Sequence record: DRR378314_1972
Direction: 5' to 3' (one strand)
Length of the DNA: 32,854 nucleotides
How positions within the stretch are numbered: the stretch's first letter is position 1; each line of letters opens with the position of its first letter. Of the stretch, positions 1 through 9,243 are shown piece after piece. Made by a program: the position numbers and the translations under genes. The notes below the pieces were generated by a model that worked only from the letters and a program-made list of their open reading frames with translations, did no database searches and had not been told where the DNA came from.

Positions 1-202
1 CGTTCTTGCCCAGATCCTGCATCACGCCCAAGGCAACCGTGGATTTGCCGCAGCCGGATTCGCCAACCAGCCCCAGCGCCTCGCCCGGCATCACGGAGGC
101 CGAGAAATCCATCACCGCCGGAATTTCTCTCAGCCGCGTAAAGAATGAAATCGACAGCTTATCAATCTCAAGGATCGGCCCGTCATATGCTTCTTTAACC
201 AT
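1..202 (-). CDS. ABC transporter ATP-binding protein (DppD/OppD-like), N-terminal part, truncated by the window edge
   Basis: Manual translation from ATG at 202: MVKEAYDGPILEIDKLSISFFTRLREIPAVMDFSASVMPGEALGLVGESGCGKSTVALGVMQDLGKN. It contains Walker A GESGCGKS, has a GGGAG RBS upstream, and follows two permease genes. Not in the ORF track. Confidence 0.9.
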   Translation of the reverse strand, partial: MVKEAYDGPILEIDKLSISFFTRLREIPAVMDFSASVMPGEALGLVGESGCGKSTVALGVMQDLGKN

Positions 203-240
203 CGTCTACTCCCTTTCGGCAAGGCCGCAACCGGGTGCGT

Positions 241-283
241 TTCATCTTGCCTGTAAATTCCGGGGTCCGGGGCAGAGCCCCGG
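241..283 (+). repeat. REP-like intergenic palindromic element, copy 1
   Basis: TTCATCTTGCCTGTAAATTCCGGGGT followed by the hairpin CCGGGGC-AGA-GCCCCGG (267-283). A related copy lies on the minus strand at 17265-17314. Confidence 0.6.
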
Positions 284-295
284 CATGCCCCGACA

Positions 296-1753
296 TCAGT
301 CGCGCAGTGACTCCTCACGCAGACCATCCGCCAGCAGGTTCAACCCCAGAACCAGACTCAACAGTGACAGCGCCGGTGCAATCGCCGCATGTGGATATAA
401 CGCCAGCAAGCGCCGTCCCGCGTTGATCGTTGATCCCCAATCAGGGCTTTCGCTTTCCAGCCCCAACCCGAAGAACCCCAAGGTTCCCAAAAGGATCGTG
501 GTATAGCCGATGCGCAGGCAGAAATCGACAATCAGCGGGCCGCGGGCATTGGGCAAAATCTCCCACAGCATGATATACCATGGCCCTTCGCCGCGGGTCT
601 GTGCCGCCGCCACATAGTCGCGTGTCTTGATGTCCAGCGCGAGGCCACGCACGATACGAAACACCGTGGGCGAGTTCACAAAAACCACCGCGACAAAAAC
701 CACCAAAACCCCGTCGTCGATGTCAAAGCCATCCAGAAAACTTGGCAGACCCCAGATCTTATCCGGCACCGCATAGCCATCGGTCGAGATCAACGACAGG
801 TAGAGCCAGCCCAATACCCCCAGCACACCAATCAGCAACGGCGTGCGCAGGGAGGGTTGGGTGTAGAACCGTGAATTCAGCAGGATCGCAACAAAGATCA
901 GCGGAAAGACAAAGAGGAAGATCGCCATATAATTGGGAATGCCGGTCAATACGATCTCAGGTGTCACCAGCAGGTAGAACAGCAAGATCACCGGGAAGGC
1001 GAGGATCAGGTTGGCCAGAAAGGACAGTAACGTGTCCAGTTTACCGCCGTAATACCCTGCAGGCAGCCCCAATGTGATCCCGACCATAAAGGCAAAAATG
1101 GTCGCCATTGGCGCAATCTGAACCACCACCCAGGACCCTTTGATCAACCGGCTGAACACATCGCGTGCCAGATTGTCGCCGCCCAGCAAAAACCACTGGT
1201 AATCGCCTTCCTCAGCCCCGCGCAGCGGTGTGCCCGGCAGTTTGTTTTTCATACCGGAAACCTGGCTCAGGCTGTCATGGGTCACCAGCATGTCAAACAC
1301 GCCCCCCATGACCCCGGTGAACACCCAGAACATCACAATGCCGAAACCGATCATCCCCACGGTGCTGTCAAACAGCTTGCCGTAAAGCCCCAGTTTCCGC
1401 TTGTAGAAGATGGAGACCGCAAAGGTTGCGATCAGCGCAATCCAGACCGGCAGGAACTGCCGTGACATCGCGCCGAAAATTCCCGCACCCGGCCCCATGA
1501 TCACACCGGCAATCAGATAGACCAGCACCAGCGCAATTGTGCCAAGGAACAGATAGCCGGTGATCATGTTCAAAAACCCCGACGCCCCCTTATCTGCAGC
1601 CAGAGTGCCATCCGCACTGACCGCGCGGCTGCCGGATGACGGCACCAGTGAGGCAAGTGTCGAAACAACGATGGACAGGAACAACAACCCGACCACGAAG
1701 TAGAAAATATAGTTGAGCCCCGAAAGTGAGCCCGTCCATGTCAAAGGTTCCAT
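296..1753 (-). CDS. ABC transporter permease, DppC/OppC-like, extended (485 aa)
   Basis: Multi-TM protein with LGGDNLARDVFSRL (DppC GTD..GRD-like motif) and an EAA-like loop DYVAAAQTRGE. The C-terminus GLNLLADGLRE is typical of the family. Confidence 0.9.
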   Translation of the reverse strand: MEPLTWTGSLSGLNYIFYFVVGLLFLSIVVSTLASLVPSSGSRAVSADGTLAADKGASGFLNMITGYLFLGTIALVLVYLIAGVIMGPGAGIFGAMSRQFLPVWIALIATFAVSIFYKRKLGLYGKLFDSTVGMIGFGIVMFWVFTGVMGGVFDMLVTHDSLSQVSGMKNKLPGTPLRGAEEGDYQWFLLGGDNLARDVFSRLIKGSWVVVQIAPMATIFAFMVGITLGLPAGYYGGKLDTLLSFLANLILAFPVILLFYLLVTPEIVLTGIPNYMAIFLFVFPLIFVAILLNSRFYTQPSLRTPLLIGVLGVLGWLYLSLISTDGYAVPDKIWGLPSFLDGFDIDDGVLVVFVAVVFVNSPTVFRIVRGLALDIKTRDYVAAAQTRGEGPWYIMLWEILPNARGPLIVDFCLRIGYTTILLGTLGFFGLGLESESPDWGSTINAGRRLLALYPHAAIAPALSLLSLVLGLNLLADGLREESLRD

Positions 1754-1767
1754 GTGCGTGCCCTCCC

Positions 1768-2853
1768 TTAAGAAATGCGAATGCGGGGATTAAGGTAAAC
1801 GTAACCGATATCGGAAATCAGCTGTGTCACCAGAACAACGGCAACAGAGACAACCGACACCGCCAATAGCAACTCAATGTCATTATTGCCCGCCGCCTGA
1901 ACCAACAGCCAGCCAAACCCCTTGTAGTTAAACAGGGTTTCAACAATCACCACGCCGTTCAGCAGCCATGGGATCTGCAACATGATCACAGTAAACGGCG
2001 CAATCAGCGCGTTGCGCAGTGCGTGTTTCAGGACGATATCCGAAAACTTCACCCCTTTCAGCCGCGCGGTGCGGATATATTGCGCGGTCATCACCTCCGC
2101 CATAGAGGCCCTTGTCATGCGCGCGATATACCCCATGCCATAAAGTGAAATGGTCAGCACCGGTAAGAAGAAGTTCCAAAAGTTGGCGTCTTTCATTGCC
2201 GAAGTGGCAGATCCCAGAAACAGGGTCTTGCCGTCTATCCAGCCCAGATCGGCCAAGATCGGTGAAAGGCCAAATTTCGACGAGGCCAGCAGCGCGATAA
2301 AAATCACCCCGGACACATATTCAGGTGTGGCCGTTGTCGCGATGGAGAAGGTCGAGAGCGACCGGTCCAGCTTTGATCCTTCGCGCATGCCTGCCAGCAC
2401 CCCGACGATCAGAGCAGAGGGCACCATCAACAGCAACACGCACAGCATCAGCTTGCCGGTGAGGGCCAATCGTGTAGCTACCGTCGCGCCAACCTCTTCC
2501 TTGAAGACCGTTGAATACCCCCAGTCCCCCTGGATCACACCGCAACGGGTGCGGCGGTCCGCCTCGGGGGTATCCGCGTCAAAACAGCGGCCAAATGTTG
2601 TGCCGTCGTCTTTTTCGGTCACCCAACCGGGCATTACACCCAGCCATTGACCAAATTTGACGGGCAGGGGCTGTAAGTACCCCCGATCGTCCAAATACGA
2701 GGTTACAGCCTCGTCTGACATGCGAAAGTTGCCTTGGGTCTTCGCGAGCTTTTCGAGATTCGGATAAAGATTGGTCAGCCAGAACACGATGAAGGTCAGG
2801 CAGAGTGCCGTCAGCAACATCACGCCCAGCCGGCGCAAGATGAAAATTCCCAT
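1768..2853 (-). CDS. ABC transporter permease, DppB/OppB-like
   Basis: N-terminus MGIFILRRL, GDWGYS, YIRTARLKG EAA loop, KHALRNAL, and C-terminus YVYLNPRIR. Confidence 0.92.
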   Translation of the reverse strand: MGIFILRRLGVMLLTALCLTFIVFWLTNLYPNLEKLAKTQGNFRMSDEAVTSYLDDRGYLQPLPVKFGQWLGVMPGWVTEKDDGTTFGRCFDADTPEADRRTRCGVIQGDWGYSTVFKEEVGATVATRLALTGKLMLCVLLLMVPSALIVGVLAGMREGSKLDRSLSTFSIATTATPEYVSGVIFIALLASSKFGLSPILADLGWIDGKTLFLGSATSAMKDANFWNFFLPVLTISLYGMGYIARMTRASMAEVMTAQYIRTARLKGVKFSDIVLKHALRNALIAPFTVIMLQIPWLLNGVVIVETLFNYKGFGWLLVQAAGNNDIELLLAVSVVSVAVVLVTQLISDIGYVYLNPRIRIS

Positions 2854-3155
2854 GTAGTGCCCCTGTTGGTGGCCAGACAGGGTTATCCCCGTCCGTATTA
2901 TGCTGCCTTATGGCTGGCTATTGATTTAGAAAGCCCGAAAGCTCCCTTGTCAGGATCGATGCTGGTGTCGGAGGTCCCCATTTCCCGGATACTGCCACAT
3001 TCCCGCTTTTTTGCCGGTGTTTCAGCTGCATCTTCTATCCTCTACAGGTCTATCAGGCACAGGTTGACGGCCAAGGTCAATGTCTGCGACCGCCGGATTT
3101 TGGAAATTTTGCGACATTTTCATTCGTCAAAAACGACATATGCCAAGGAATGGTT

Positions 3156-3977
3156 TTACGGGACCCGCTCTGCCTTGCTGCGTAGGCTGCTTGGTGACTG
3201 GCCGGTATGCTGTTGCATGAAGCGGGTGAAATAGGCAGCTGAACCAAAGCCAAGAAATGCAGCGATCTGCTTGGCGGGGTGGGAGGTTTCCGCCAACAAC
3301 AGGCGGGCGTCATGCAAGACGCGTTCGCTTAACAATCCGGCTGCAGTTTTACCTGTGGCAGATTTAACGGCGCGCGTCAGATGGGTTGGGGTTACCTCAA
3401 GTGCCTTCGCGTAGTCAGCCATTGGCGCACCTGAGCGATAGCGTTGTGAGACCAATGCACAAAATCGCGCGCTCAGCCGTTGCGCCGCGTTTGGACGGTC
3501 TGGCGCGTGGGCAAGGTCCAGCATCTGGCGGCGCAGCCAGACCGACATCAAGGTGGCATGACCTTCCAGCGCATCCTCGCGCAGGGGACGTGTTCCCTGA
3601 TCTTCGCGCAGGCCTGCTTCGATCAGGCTGGTCAGCTCTGACTGGGCCTGCACCTCGCGGATGCGCAGATGGCGGGGGATTTCAGGCAGGCGCAAATCGG
3701 TTGCGGCGGGGACCAGTACAACATGGCCTATGCTTTGGCGGCCCATATCCATGGCAAAGAGGGAACCCGCAGGTACAAATAACGCATTATGCGCCCCGAT
3801 GCCGCGTCTTATGCCGTCCAGCAGAACCCGCCCCTGTCCTCGGGTGATCCAGACCAAGACATGGTAATCCTGATCATGTGCCAACTGCCGACGCCACGCG
3901 CCCCCCTGATTGAACAGGGCCAAAGTCTGAAACTGGATGGCGCTTGGCGAAAACTGCATGGGGTATTGCATAACCAC
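3156..3977 (-). CDS. AraC/XylS family transcriptional regulator
   Basis: N-terminal cupin-like region and C-terminal double HTH (YAKALEVTPTHLTR; IAAFLGFGSAAYFTRFMQQHTGQSPS). The start may instead be ATG at 3971 or 3959. Confidence 0.9.
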   Translation of the reverse strand: MVMQYPMQFSPSAIQFQTLALFNQGGAWRRQLAHDQDYHVLVWITRGQGRVLLDGIRRGIGAHNALFVPAGSLFAMDMGRQSIGHVVLVPAATDLRLPEIPRHLRIREVQAQSELTSLIEAGLREDQGTRPLREDALEGHATLMSVWLRRQMLDLAHAPDRPNAAQRLSARFCALVSQRYRSGAPMADYAKALEVTPTHLTRAVKSATGKTAAGLLSERVLHDARLLLAETSHPAKQIAAFLGFGSAAYFTRFMQQHTGQSPSSLRSKAERVP

Positions 3978-4033
3978 AATTCAGAAGCAGGTAAATCCAG
4001 TATCTTGGTGGGAAAAGATCGCTTAACTGTAAG

Positions 4034-4918
4034 TTATTCTGGTGACAGCTTGCGCCAGTCAGACATCTTATTGCGCATCCAGGTGCGTTGTCGTTTGGCA
4101 AAGCGGCGTGTGGCAACGACCGCCTGTTCGCGTGCTTGGTCCAAGGTGATCTGCCCCTCCAGATATGCCATCAATTCGGGCACACCGATGGCGCGATGAG
4201 CGGGCAGGGCCGGGTTATAGGTCGGACGCACGGCCTCTGCCTCTGCCAGTGCCCCGTCTTCCAACATCAGATCGAAACGTTTGGCGATCCGGGCATTCAA
4301 CCATTCCTTATCGACATCAAAGACAAAGGGATGACAGGCCTCCAACAGCAAGGCGGCAGGGCCGGTGTTGTCCTGCCATGCCGCAAGCCCCTTGCCAGTT
4401 GCCGTCACGACCTCCCAAGCCCGCTGCGCTCTTGCGCGGTTCTGGGTATCAATCCGCGTCAGGGTTTGCGTATCAAGGCCAGCAAGCAGGTCGGCAAGGG
4501 GCAGATCATCCCCGCGGGCCCGGATCTCGGCCGGGGTTTGCGGGATCTCGGCTAGCCCTTTGGTCAGAGCGGTAAAATACAGCCCGGTGCCCCCGGTGAT
4601 GATCAAACGTTCACCCTGTGCCAAAAGTGCCGTAACCTCGCGCAACCAATGCCCTGTCGAATAGGCATCCTGCGCCGCGATATGACCGTATAGCGCGTGC
4701 GGGGCCTGTGATTCCTCATCCACGCTGGGCCGCGCGGTGATTACCCGCCAGCAGTCATATACCTGCGACGCATCGGCGTTCACGACGATTCCGCCCTGTT
4801 TCTCGGCGATCTCCAAGGCTAGTGCGGATTTGCCGCTGGCAGTCGGCCCTGCGATCAAAACGTGTTTTTCCGGAGAAATCTCGCGGGTCGCGGCAGAAAG
4901 AACGGCGGATAGGTGCAT
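4034..4918 (-). CDS. miaA: tRNA dimethylallyltransferase
   Basis: GPTASGKS P-loop, [19 protein letters not shown], and [11 protein letters not shown] motifs. Confidence 0.97.
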   Translation of the reverse strand: MHLSAVLSAATREISPEKHVLIAGPTASGKSALALEIAEKQGGIVVNADASQVYDCWRVITARPSVDEESQAPHALYGHIAAQDAYSTGHWLREVTALLAQGERLIITGGTGLYFTALTKGLAEIPQTPAEIRARGDDLPLADLLAGLDTQTLTRIDTQNRARAQRAWEVVTATGKGLAAWQDNTGPAALLLEACHPFVFDVDKEWLNARIAKRFDLMLEDGALAEAEAVRPTYNPALPAHRAIGVPELMAYLEGQITLDQAREQAVVATRRFAKRQRTWMRNKMSDWRKLSPE

Positions 4919-4948
4919 TTCTTGGCCAACCCCTGTCAGTGCGCATTG

Positions 4949-4974
4949 AAACTGTCCTCTATTTGGGACAGTTT
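4949..4974. promoter_or_regulatory. Inverted repeat in the divergent miaA/pyrH promoter region
   Basis: AAACTGTCC (4949-4957), N8, GGACAGTTT (4966-4974), flanked on both sides by TGCGCA. It overlaps a TTGAAA -35-like hexamer at 4946. Confidence 0.45.
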
Positions 4975-5012
4975 GCGCAAAATTGAAACACCTCTCCCGA
5001 AAGGTTCCCCCA

Positions 5013-5741
5013 ATGACCGCAGCCCCCTCTGAAGCGAGTTTTGACCGTGTGATGCTGAAAATCTCAGGGGAGGCGCTGATGGGAGATCAGGGTTTCGGCC
5101 TGCATCCCCCGACGGTAGAGCGGATCGCGCGCGAAGTGCAAAGTGTGCATCAACTGGGTGTTGAAATCTGCATGGTGATCGGTGGCGGTAACATCTTTCG
5201 CGGCCTGCAGGGCAGCGCACAGGGGATGGAGCGGACCACGGCGGACTACATGGGCATGCTGGCCACGGTGATGAACGCCCTGGCGATGCAATCCGCTCTT
5301 GAGGGGCTGGGCATCCACACCCGTGTGATTTCCGCGATTACCATGAATGAAGTCGCCGAACCCTATATCCGCCGTCGCGCCGTGCGCCATCTTGAGAAAA
5401 AGCGGGTCTGCATCTTTGCTGCCGGCACCGGCAACCCCTATTTCACCACAGATACCGCCGCGACCCTGCGCGCCAATGAGATGTCCTGTAGCGCGATTTT
5501 CAAAGGCACCAAGGTGGATGGGGTATATGACAAGGATCCGGCGAAATTCGCCGATGCCAAACGTTATGATACGGTCAGCTATGACGATGTGCTGCAAAAA
5601 CGTCTGGGTGTCATGGATGCCTCGGCCATTGCGCTGGCGCGGGACAACAACCTGCCGATCATTGTGTTCTCACTGGATGAGCCGGGTGGTTTCCGCGGTA
5701 TTCTGGCCGGTGAGGGCACCTATACGCGGGTGCAGGGCTAG
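5013..5741 (+). CDS. pyrH: Uridylate kinase
   Basis: [44 protein letters not shown] at 5013 follows AAGG and is preferred over the TTG at 4983. Confidence 0.98.
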   Translation: MTAAPSEASFDRVMLKISGEALMGDQGFGLHPPTVERIAREVQSVHQLGVEICMVIGGGNIFRGLQGSAQGMERTTADYMGMLATVMNALAMQSALEGLGIHTRVISAITMNEVAEPYIRRRAVRHLEKKRVCIFAAGTGNPYFTTDTAATLRANEMSCSAIFKGTKVDGVYDKDPAKFADAKRYDTVSYDDVLQKRLGVMDASAIALARDNNLPIIVFSLDEPGGFRGILAGEGTYTRVQG

Positions 5742-5850
5742 CTGTGGCACCTCTCAAGGCATCTGGTGTTTCTGATGCCGATTTTCTATACCGTTAACCA
5801 AGCCTAAATACCGCGTCGATAAACGCATCAAGACCACGGGGACCGACCAT

Positions 5851-6414
5851 ATGTCAGACGATTTTATGCTGGACACAGACGACCTTGAGCGCCGGATGAA
5901 AGGGGCCATCGCGTCGCTGAGGACTGAATTCGCATCTTTGCGCACGGGCCGCGCCTCTGCCTCTATGCTGGAGCCGGTGATGGTGGATGCCTATGGCTCC
6001 ATGACGCCGATCAATCAGGTAGGAACCGTCAACGTGCCGGAACCACGCATGGTTACGATCAATGTCTGGGACAAGGGTCTTGTTGGTAAGGTCGAAAAGG
6101 CAATCCGCGAAAGTGGTCTGGGGATCAACCCGCAGCTGAACGGCACCATCATCATGTTGCCAATTCCCGAATTGAACGAAGAGCGGCGCACGCAATTGAC
6201 CAAAGTTGCCGGATCTTACGCCGAGAATGCCCGCGTTTCGATGCGCAATATCCGGCGCGATGGAATGGACCAAATCAAAAAGGCCAAGGCCGATGGCATG
6301 TCCGAGGACGACCAGAAAATCTGGGAAACCGAAATGCAGGACCTGACCGACAAGTTCACCAAGATGGTTGATGAACAGCTTGAAATCAAACAAGCCGAGA
6401 TCATGCAGGTTTAA
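5851..6414 (+). CDS. frr: Ribosome recycling factor
   Basis: [32 protein letters not shown] motifs, and position after pyrH. Confidence 0.98.
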   Translation: MSDDFMLDTDDLERRMKGAIASLRTEFASLRTGRASASMLEPVMVDAYGSMTPINQVGTVNVPEPRMVTINVWDKGLVGKVEKAIRESGLGINPQLNGTIIMLPIPELNEERRTQLTKVAGSYAENARVSMRNIRRDGMDQIKKAKADGMSEDDQKIWETEMQDLTDKFTKMVDEQLEIKQAEIMQV

Positions 6415-6474
6415 GCCTGATATCACGGGAACCTTCCCAGGGAGGTTTTGCATAAGACTGATAGCACAGCCCCG

Positions 6475-6499
6475 AAAAGGCGTGTGAAACCGCCTTTTT
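6475..6499 (+). terminator. Putative intrinsic terminator or attenuator between frr and uppS
   Basis: AAAAGGCG-tgtgaaac-CGCCTTTTT hairpin with a T-run. Confidence 0.5.
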
Positions 6500-6518
6500 A
6501 ACGGAGCCGAGCACAACT

Positions 6519-7259
6519 ATGACCGATACTTCTGATGCATCAGACGAGAAGGTCGAAGGCTGTCCGCGCCATGTGGCGATTATCATGGATGGCAATGGGC
6601 GTTGGGCGACACAGCGCGGCAGGCCGCGCCTGTTTGGACACCACGCCGGTGCCCGCAGGGTGCGCGAGATTGTGCAGGCCTGTCCCGATTTCGGGGTTAA
6701 GTATCTGACAATTTTTGCATTCTCCACCGAGAACTGGAAACGCACGCAGGTCGAAGTTGCCGGGTTGATGAGCCTGTTTCGCCGGTACATCAGCAAAGAA
6801 ACCCGCCATCTGAGCGAACAGGGAGTGCGGGTGCGGTTTATCGGTGACCGGTTGCGGCTGGATAACAAGCTGATCCAACTGATGAATGATTTGGAAGAAG
6901 CCACCGCCCATAATGACAAGGTCAACCTGACCATTGCAATCAACTATGGTGGCCGCGACGAGGTGGCCCGCGCCACACAGCGTCTTGCCCAAGACGTTGC
7001 AGCAGGGCGGCTTGATCCTGACAGTGTGGATGAAGAAACGCTGCCAAGGTATTTGGATACTTATGTTTTACCTGATCCAGACCTTGTGATCCGCACCAGT
7101 GGCGAAGCGCGGATTTCCAACTTTTTGCTGTGGCAATCAGCCTATGCGGAATATGAATTTATCGACACGCTCTGGCCTGATTTCAGTCGGGAAGAATTTG
7201 GTGCATTATGTGCCTCCTATGGCGGACGCGACCGCCGGTTCGGTGCGGTCAAGACATGA
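6519..7259 (+). CDS. uppS: Undecaprenyl diphosphate synthase (isoprenyl transferase)
   Basis: HVAIIMDGNGRWA, FSTENWKR, NYGGRDE, IRTSGEARISNFLLWQ. Confidence 0.97.
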   Translation: MTDTSDASDEKVEGCPRHVAIIMDGNGRWATQRGRPRLFGHHAGARRVREIVQACPDFGVKYLTIFAFSTENWKRTQVEVAGLMSLFRRYISKETRHLSEQGVRVRFIGDRLRLDNKLIQLMNDLEEATAHNDKVNLTIAINYGGRDEVARATQRLAQDVAAGRLDPDSVDEETLPRYLDTYVLPDPDLVIRTSGEARISNFLLWQSAYAEYEFIDTLWPDFSREEFGALCASYGGRDRRFGAVKT

Positions 7260-7262
7260 GCG

Positions 7263-8063
7263 GTGACAATGGCTAATTCTGTGAAAAACTGGACTGATCT
7301 GAAAGCCCGTGTCGGGGCAGGGATCGCCATGATTGTGATTGGATTGATTGGGATCGCTTTTGGCGGGCATCTGTTTCACCTCCTTGTCGGGATGATCTGT
7401 GGATTGATGGTTTGGGAACTGGTCGGGATGCTGCGCCCGGGGGTTTTGCATCTACAGCTGCAATTGGGGGTGCTGACCGGGGTTACTGTATTCATCGCGC
7501 CCTATCTGCCGGTTTGGCTGGCTTTGCTGCTCTTTGTTATTCTGGTCGCTTTTGGAGTCAGTCAGTTTCGCGTGAACCGCCGGATCTACGCGGCCTTTGC
7601 GGGGATGATCCTCTTGGCGGGGCTGTCCTTGATGCATCTGCGTGATTTCTATGGTTTCGGCTGGGAAATGTGGTTGGTGCTGGTTGTTGTTGTCACGGAT
7701 GTTGCCGGTTACTTCGCGGGCCGAATGATCGGCGGCCCGAAATTCTGGCCGGCCGTCAGCCCAAAGAAAACCTGGTCCGGTACAGTTGCGGGCTGGATCG
7801 GCGCGGCGATTGTGGGGCTGCTGTTTTCGATTAATACCGGCGTTGGTATTCAGCTGGTGGTGATTTCTGTATTGATCGCAATGGCTTCTCAAATGGGGGA
7901 TGTCGCGGAATCGGCCCTGAAACGTAAGATGGGAGTCAAGGACAGCTCCAATCTGATCCCCGGCCATGGTGGCCTGATGGACCGGTTCGACGGTATGCTG
8001 GGCGCGGCGCTTTTCCTTTTGCTGGCCAGTCCGTTTCTTGGCCTGCCTACAGGTTTCAACTGA
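7263..8063 (+). CDS. cdsA: Phosphatidate cytidylyltransferase
   Basis: SPKKTWSG, GDVAESALKR, KDSSNLIPGHGGLMDRFD signature. The start is GTG 7263 or ATG 7269. Confidence 0.96.
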   Translation: MTMANSVKNWTDLKARVGAGIAMIVIGLIGIAFGGHLFHLLVGMICGLMVWELVGMLRPGVLHLQLQLGVLTGVTVFIAPYLPVWLALLLFVILVAFGVSQFRVNRRIYAAFAGMILLAGLSLMHLRDFYGFGWEMWLVLVVVVTDVAGYFAGRMIGGPKFWPAVSPKKTWSGTVAGWIGAAIVGLLFSINTGVGIQLVVISVLIAMASQMGDVAESALKRKMGVKDSSNLIPGHGGLMDRFDGMLGAALFLLLASPFLGLPTGFN

Positions 8064-8066
8064 TCC

Positions 8067-9239
8067 ATGCGACGCGTAAGCGTTTTAGGTGCCACCGGTT
8101 CCATCGGGCAGAATACGCTTGATCTGATCGCGCGCGCGCCAGAGGATTACGATGTTGTTGCCCTGACCGGGGCCAGCAATATCGCACAGCTGGCAAAAGA
8201 TGCCATTGCATTAAAGGCTGACATTGCTGTTACCGCTGAGGATCACCGGCTGGAGGATCTGCGCGCGGCCCTTGGCGGCTCCGGCGTGGCGGCGGCGGCG
8301 GGGGCGGCAGCAGTAGCCGAGGCAGCAGCGCGCCCTGCGGATTGGACCATGTCGGCAATTGTCGGGGCGGCGGGGCTTGCACCGGGCATGGCGGCGCTGG
8401 CGCAGGGAGGCACGCTGGCACTGGCGAATAAGGAATCGCTGGTCTGTGCAGGCCCTCTGGTGATGGAGACCGCCCGCCAACATGGCACCCGCATCCTGCC
8501 GGTGGATTCAGAGCATTCAGCGATTTTTCAGGCCCTTATCGGTGAAGAGATGGCGGCGGTTGAACGCATTATCATCACGGCCAGCGGCGGCGCGTTTCGT
8601 GATTGGCCGCTGGAACGGTTGGCGGAGGCGACGCTGGATCAAGCCTCAAGCCATCCCAATTGGGACATGGGCCAACGGATCACCATCGACAGCGCATCCA
8701 TGTTTAATAAAGCCATGGAGGTCATTGAAACACATGAATTTTTTGGAGTTGATCCGTTAGGTATTGAGGTCATTGTCCACCCGCAATCCATGGTGCATGC
8801 GCTGGTCGGTTTCAAAGATGGTGCGCTGATGGCACATGTGGGCCCCGCCGACATGCGCCATGCGATTGGATTTGCCCTGCATCATCCAGATCGCCAACAT
8901 CTTCCGGTAGAGCGGCTGGATCTGGCAGCCATTGGCCGTTTTGACTTTAGCACGCCGGACGAACGGCGGTGGCCCGCCCTGCGCCTTGCCCGCGAAACCA
9001 TGCAGTCGGGCGGCATGATGGGGGCAGTGTTTAATGCGGCCAAGGAAACCGCGTTAGATGGGTTCATTGCAGGGCAGATCACCTTTGTGCTGATGGCCGA
9101 TGTGGTCGAGGATACATTAACCGGGTTTGATGCGTCAGCTGGCCTTATTGCTGACACCATGACCCTTGATAACGTGCTGCAAATAGACCATTTGGCACGT
9201 AAGGCGGCACGGGACGCCATTCATAAAAGAGCAGGGTAG
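8067..9239 (+). CDS. dxr: 1-deoxy-D-xylulose 5-phosphate reductoisomerase
   Basis: LGATGSIG, LANKESLV, LPVDSEHSAIFQ, HPNWDMG, TIDSASMFNK. Confidence 0.98.
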   Translation: MRRVSVLGATGSIGQNTLDLIARAPEDYDVVALTGASNIAQLAKDAIALKADIAVTAEDHRLEDLRAALGGSGVAAAAGAAAVAEAAARPADWTMSAIVGAAGLAPGMAALAQGGTLALANKESLVCAGPLVMETARQHGTRILPVDSEHSAIFQALIGEEMAAVERIIITASGGAFRDWPLERLAEATLDQASSHPNWDMGQRITIDSASMFNKAMEVIETHEFFGVDPLGIEVIVHPQSMVHALVGFKDGALMAHVGPADMRHAIGFALHHPDRQHLPVERLDLAAIGRFDFSTPDERRWPALRLARETMQSGGMMGAVFNAAKETALDGFIAGQITFVLMADVVEDTLTGFDASAGLIADTMTLDNVLQIDHLARKAARDAIHKRAG

Positions 9240-9243
9240 AACT

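Noticed and set aside
4023-4037. TTAA-N7-TTAT near the araC start
   Set aside because: A single-mismatch CtrA-like match whose second half-site is the miaA stop codon, with no supporting context.
5794-5799. TTAACC half-site upstream of frr
   Set aside because: No partner half-site at N7 spacing.
8274-8332. GGC/GCA repeats in dxr
   Set aside because: They encode an ordinary Ala-rich helix in frame and are not a repeat element.
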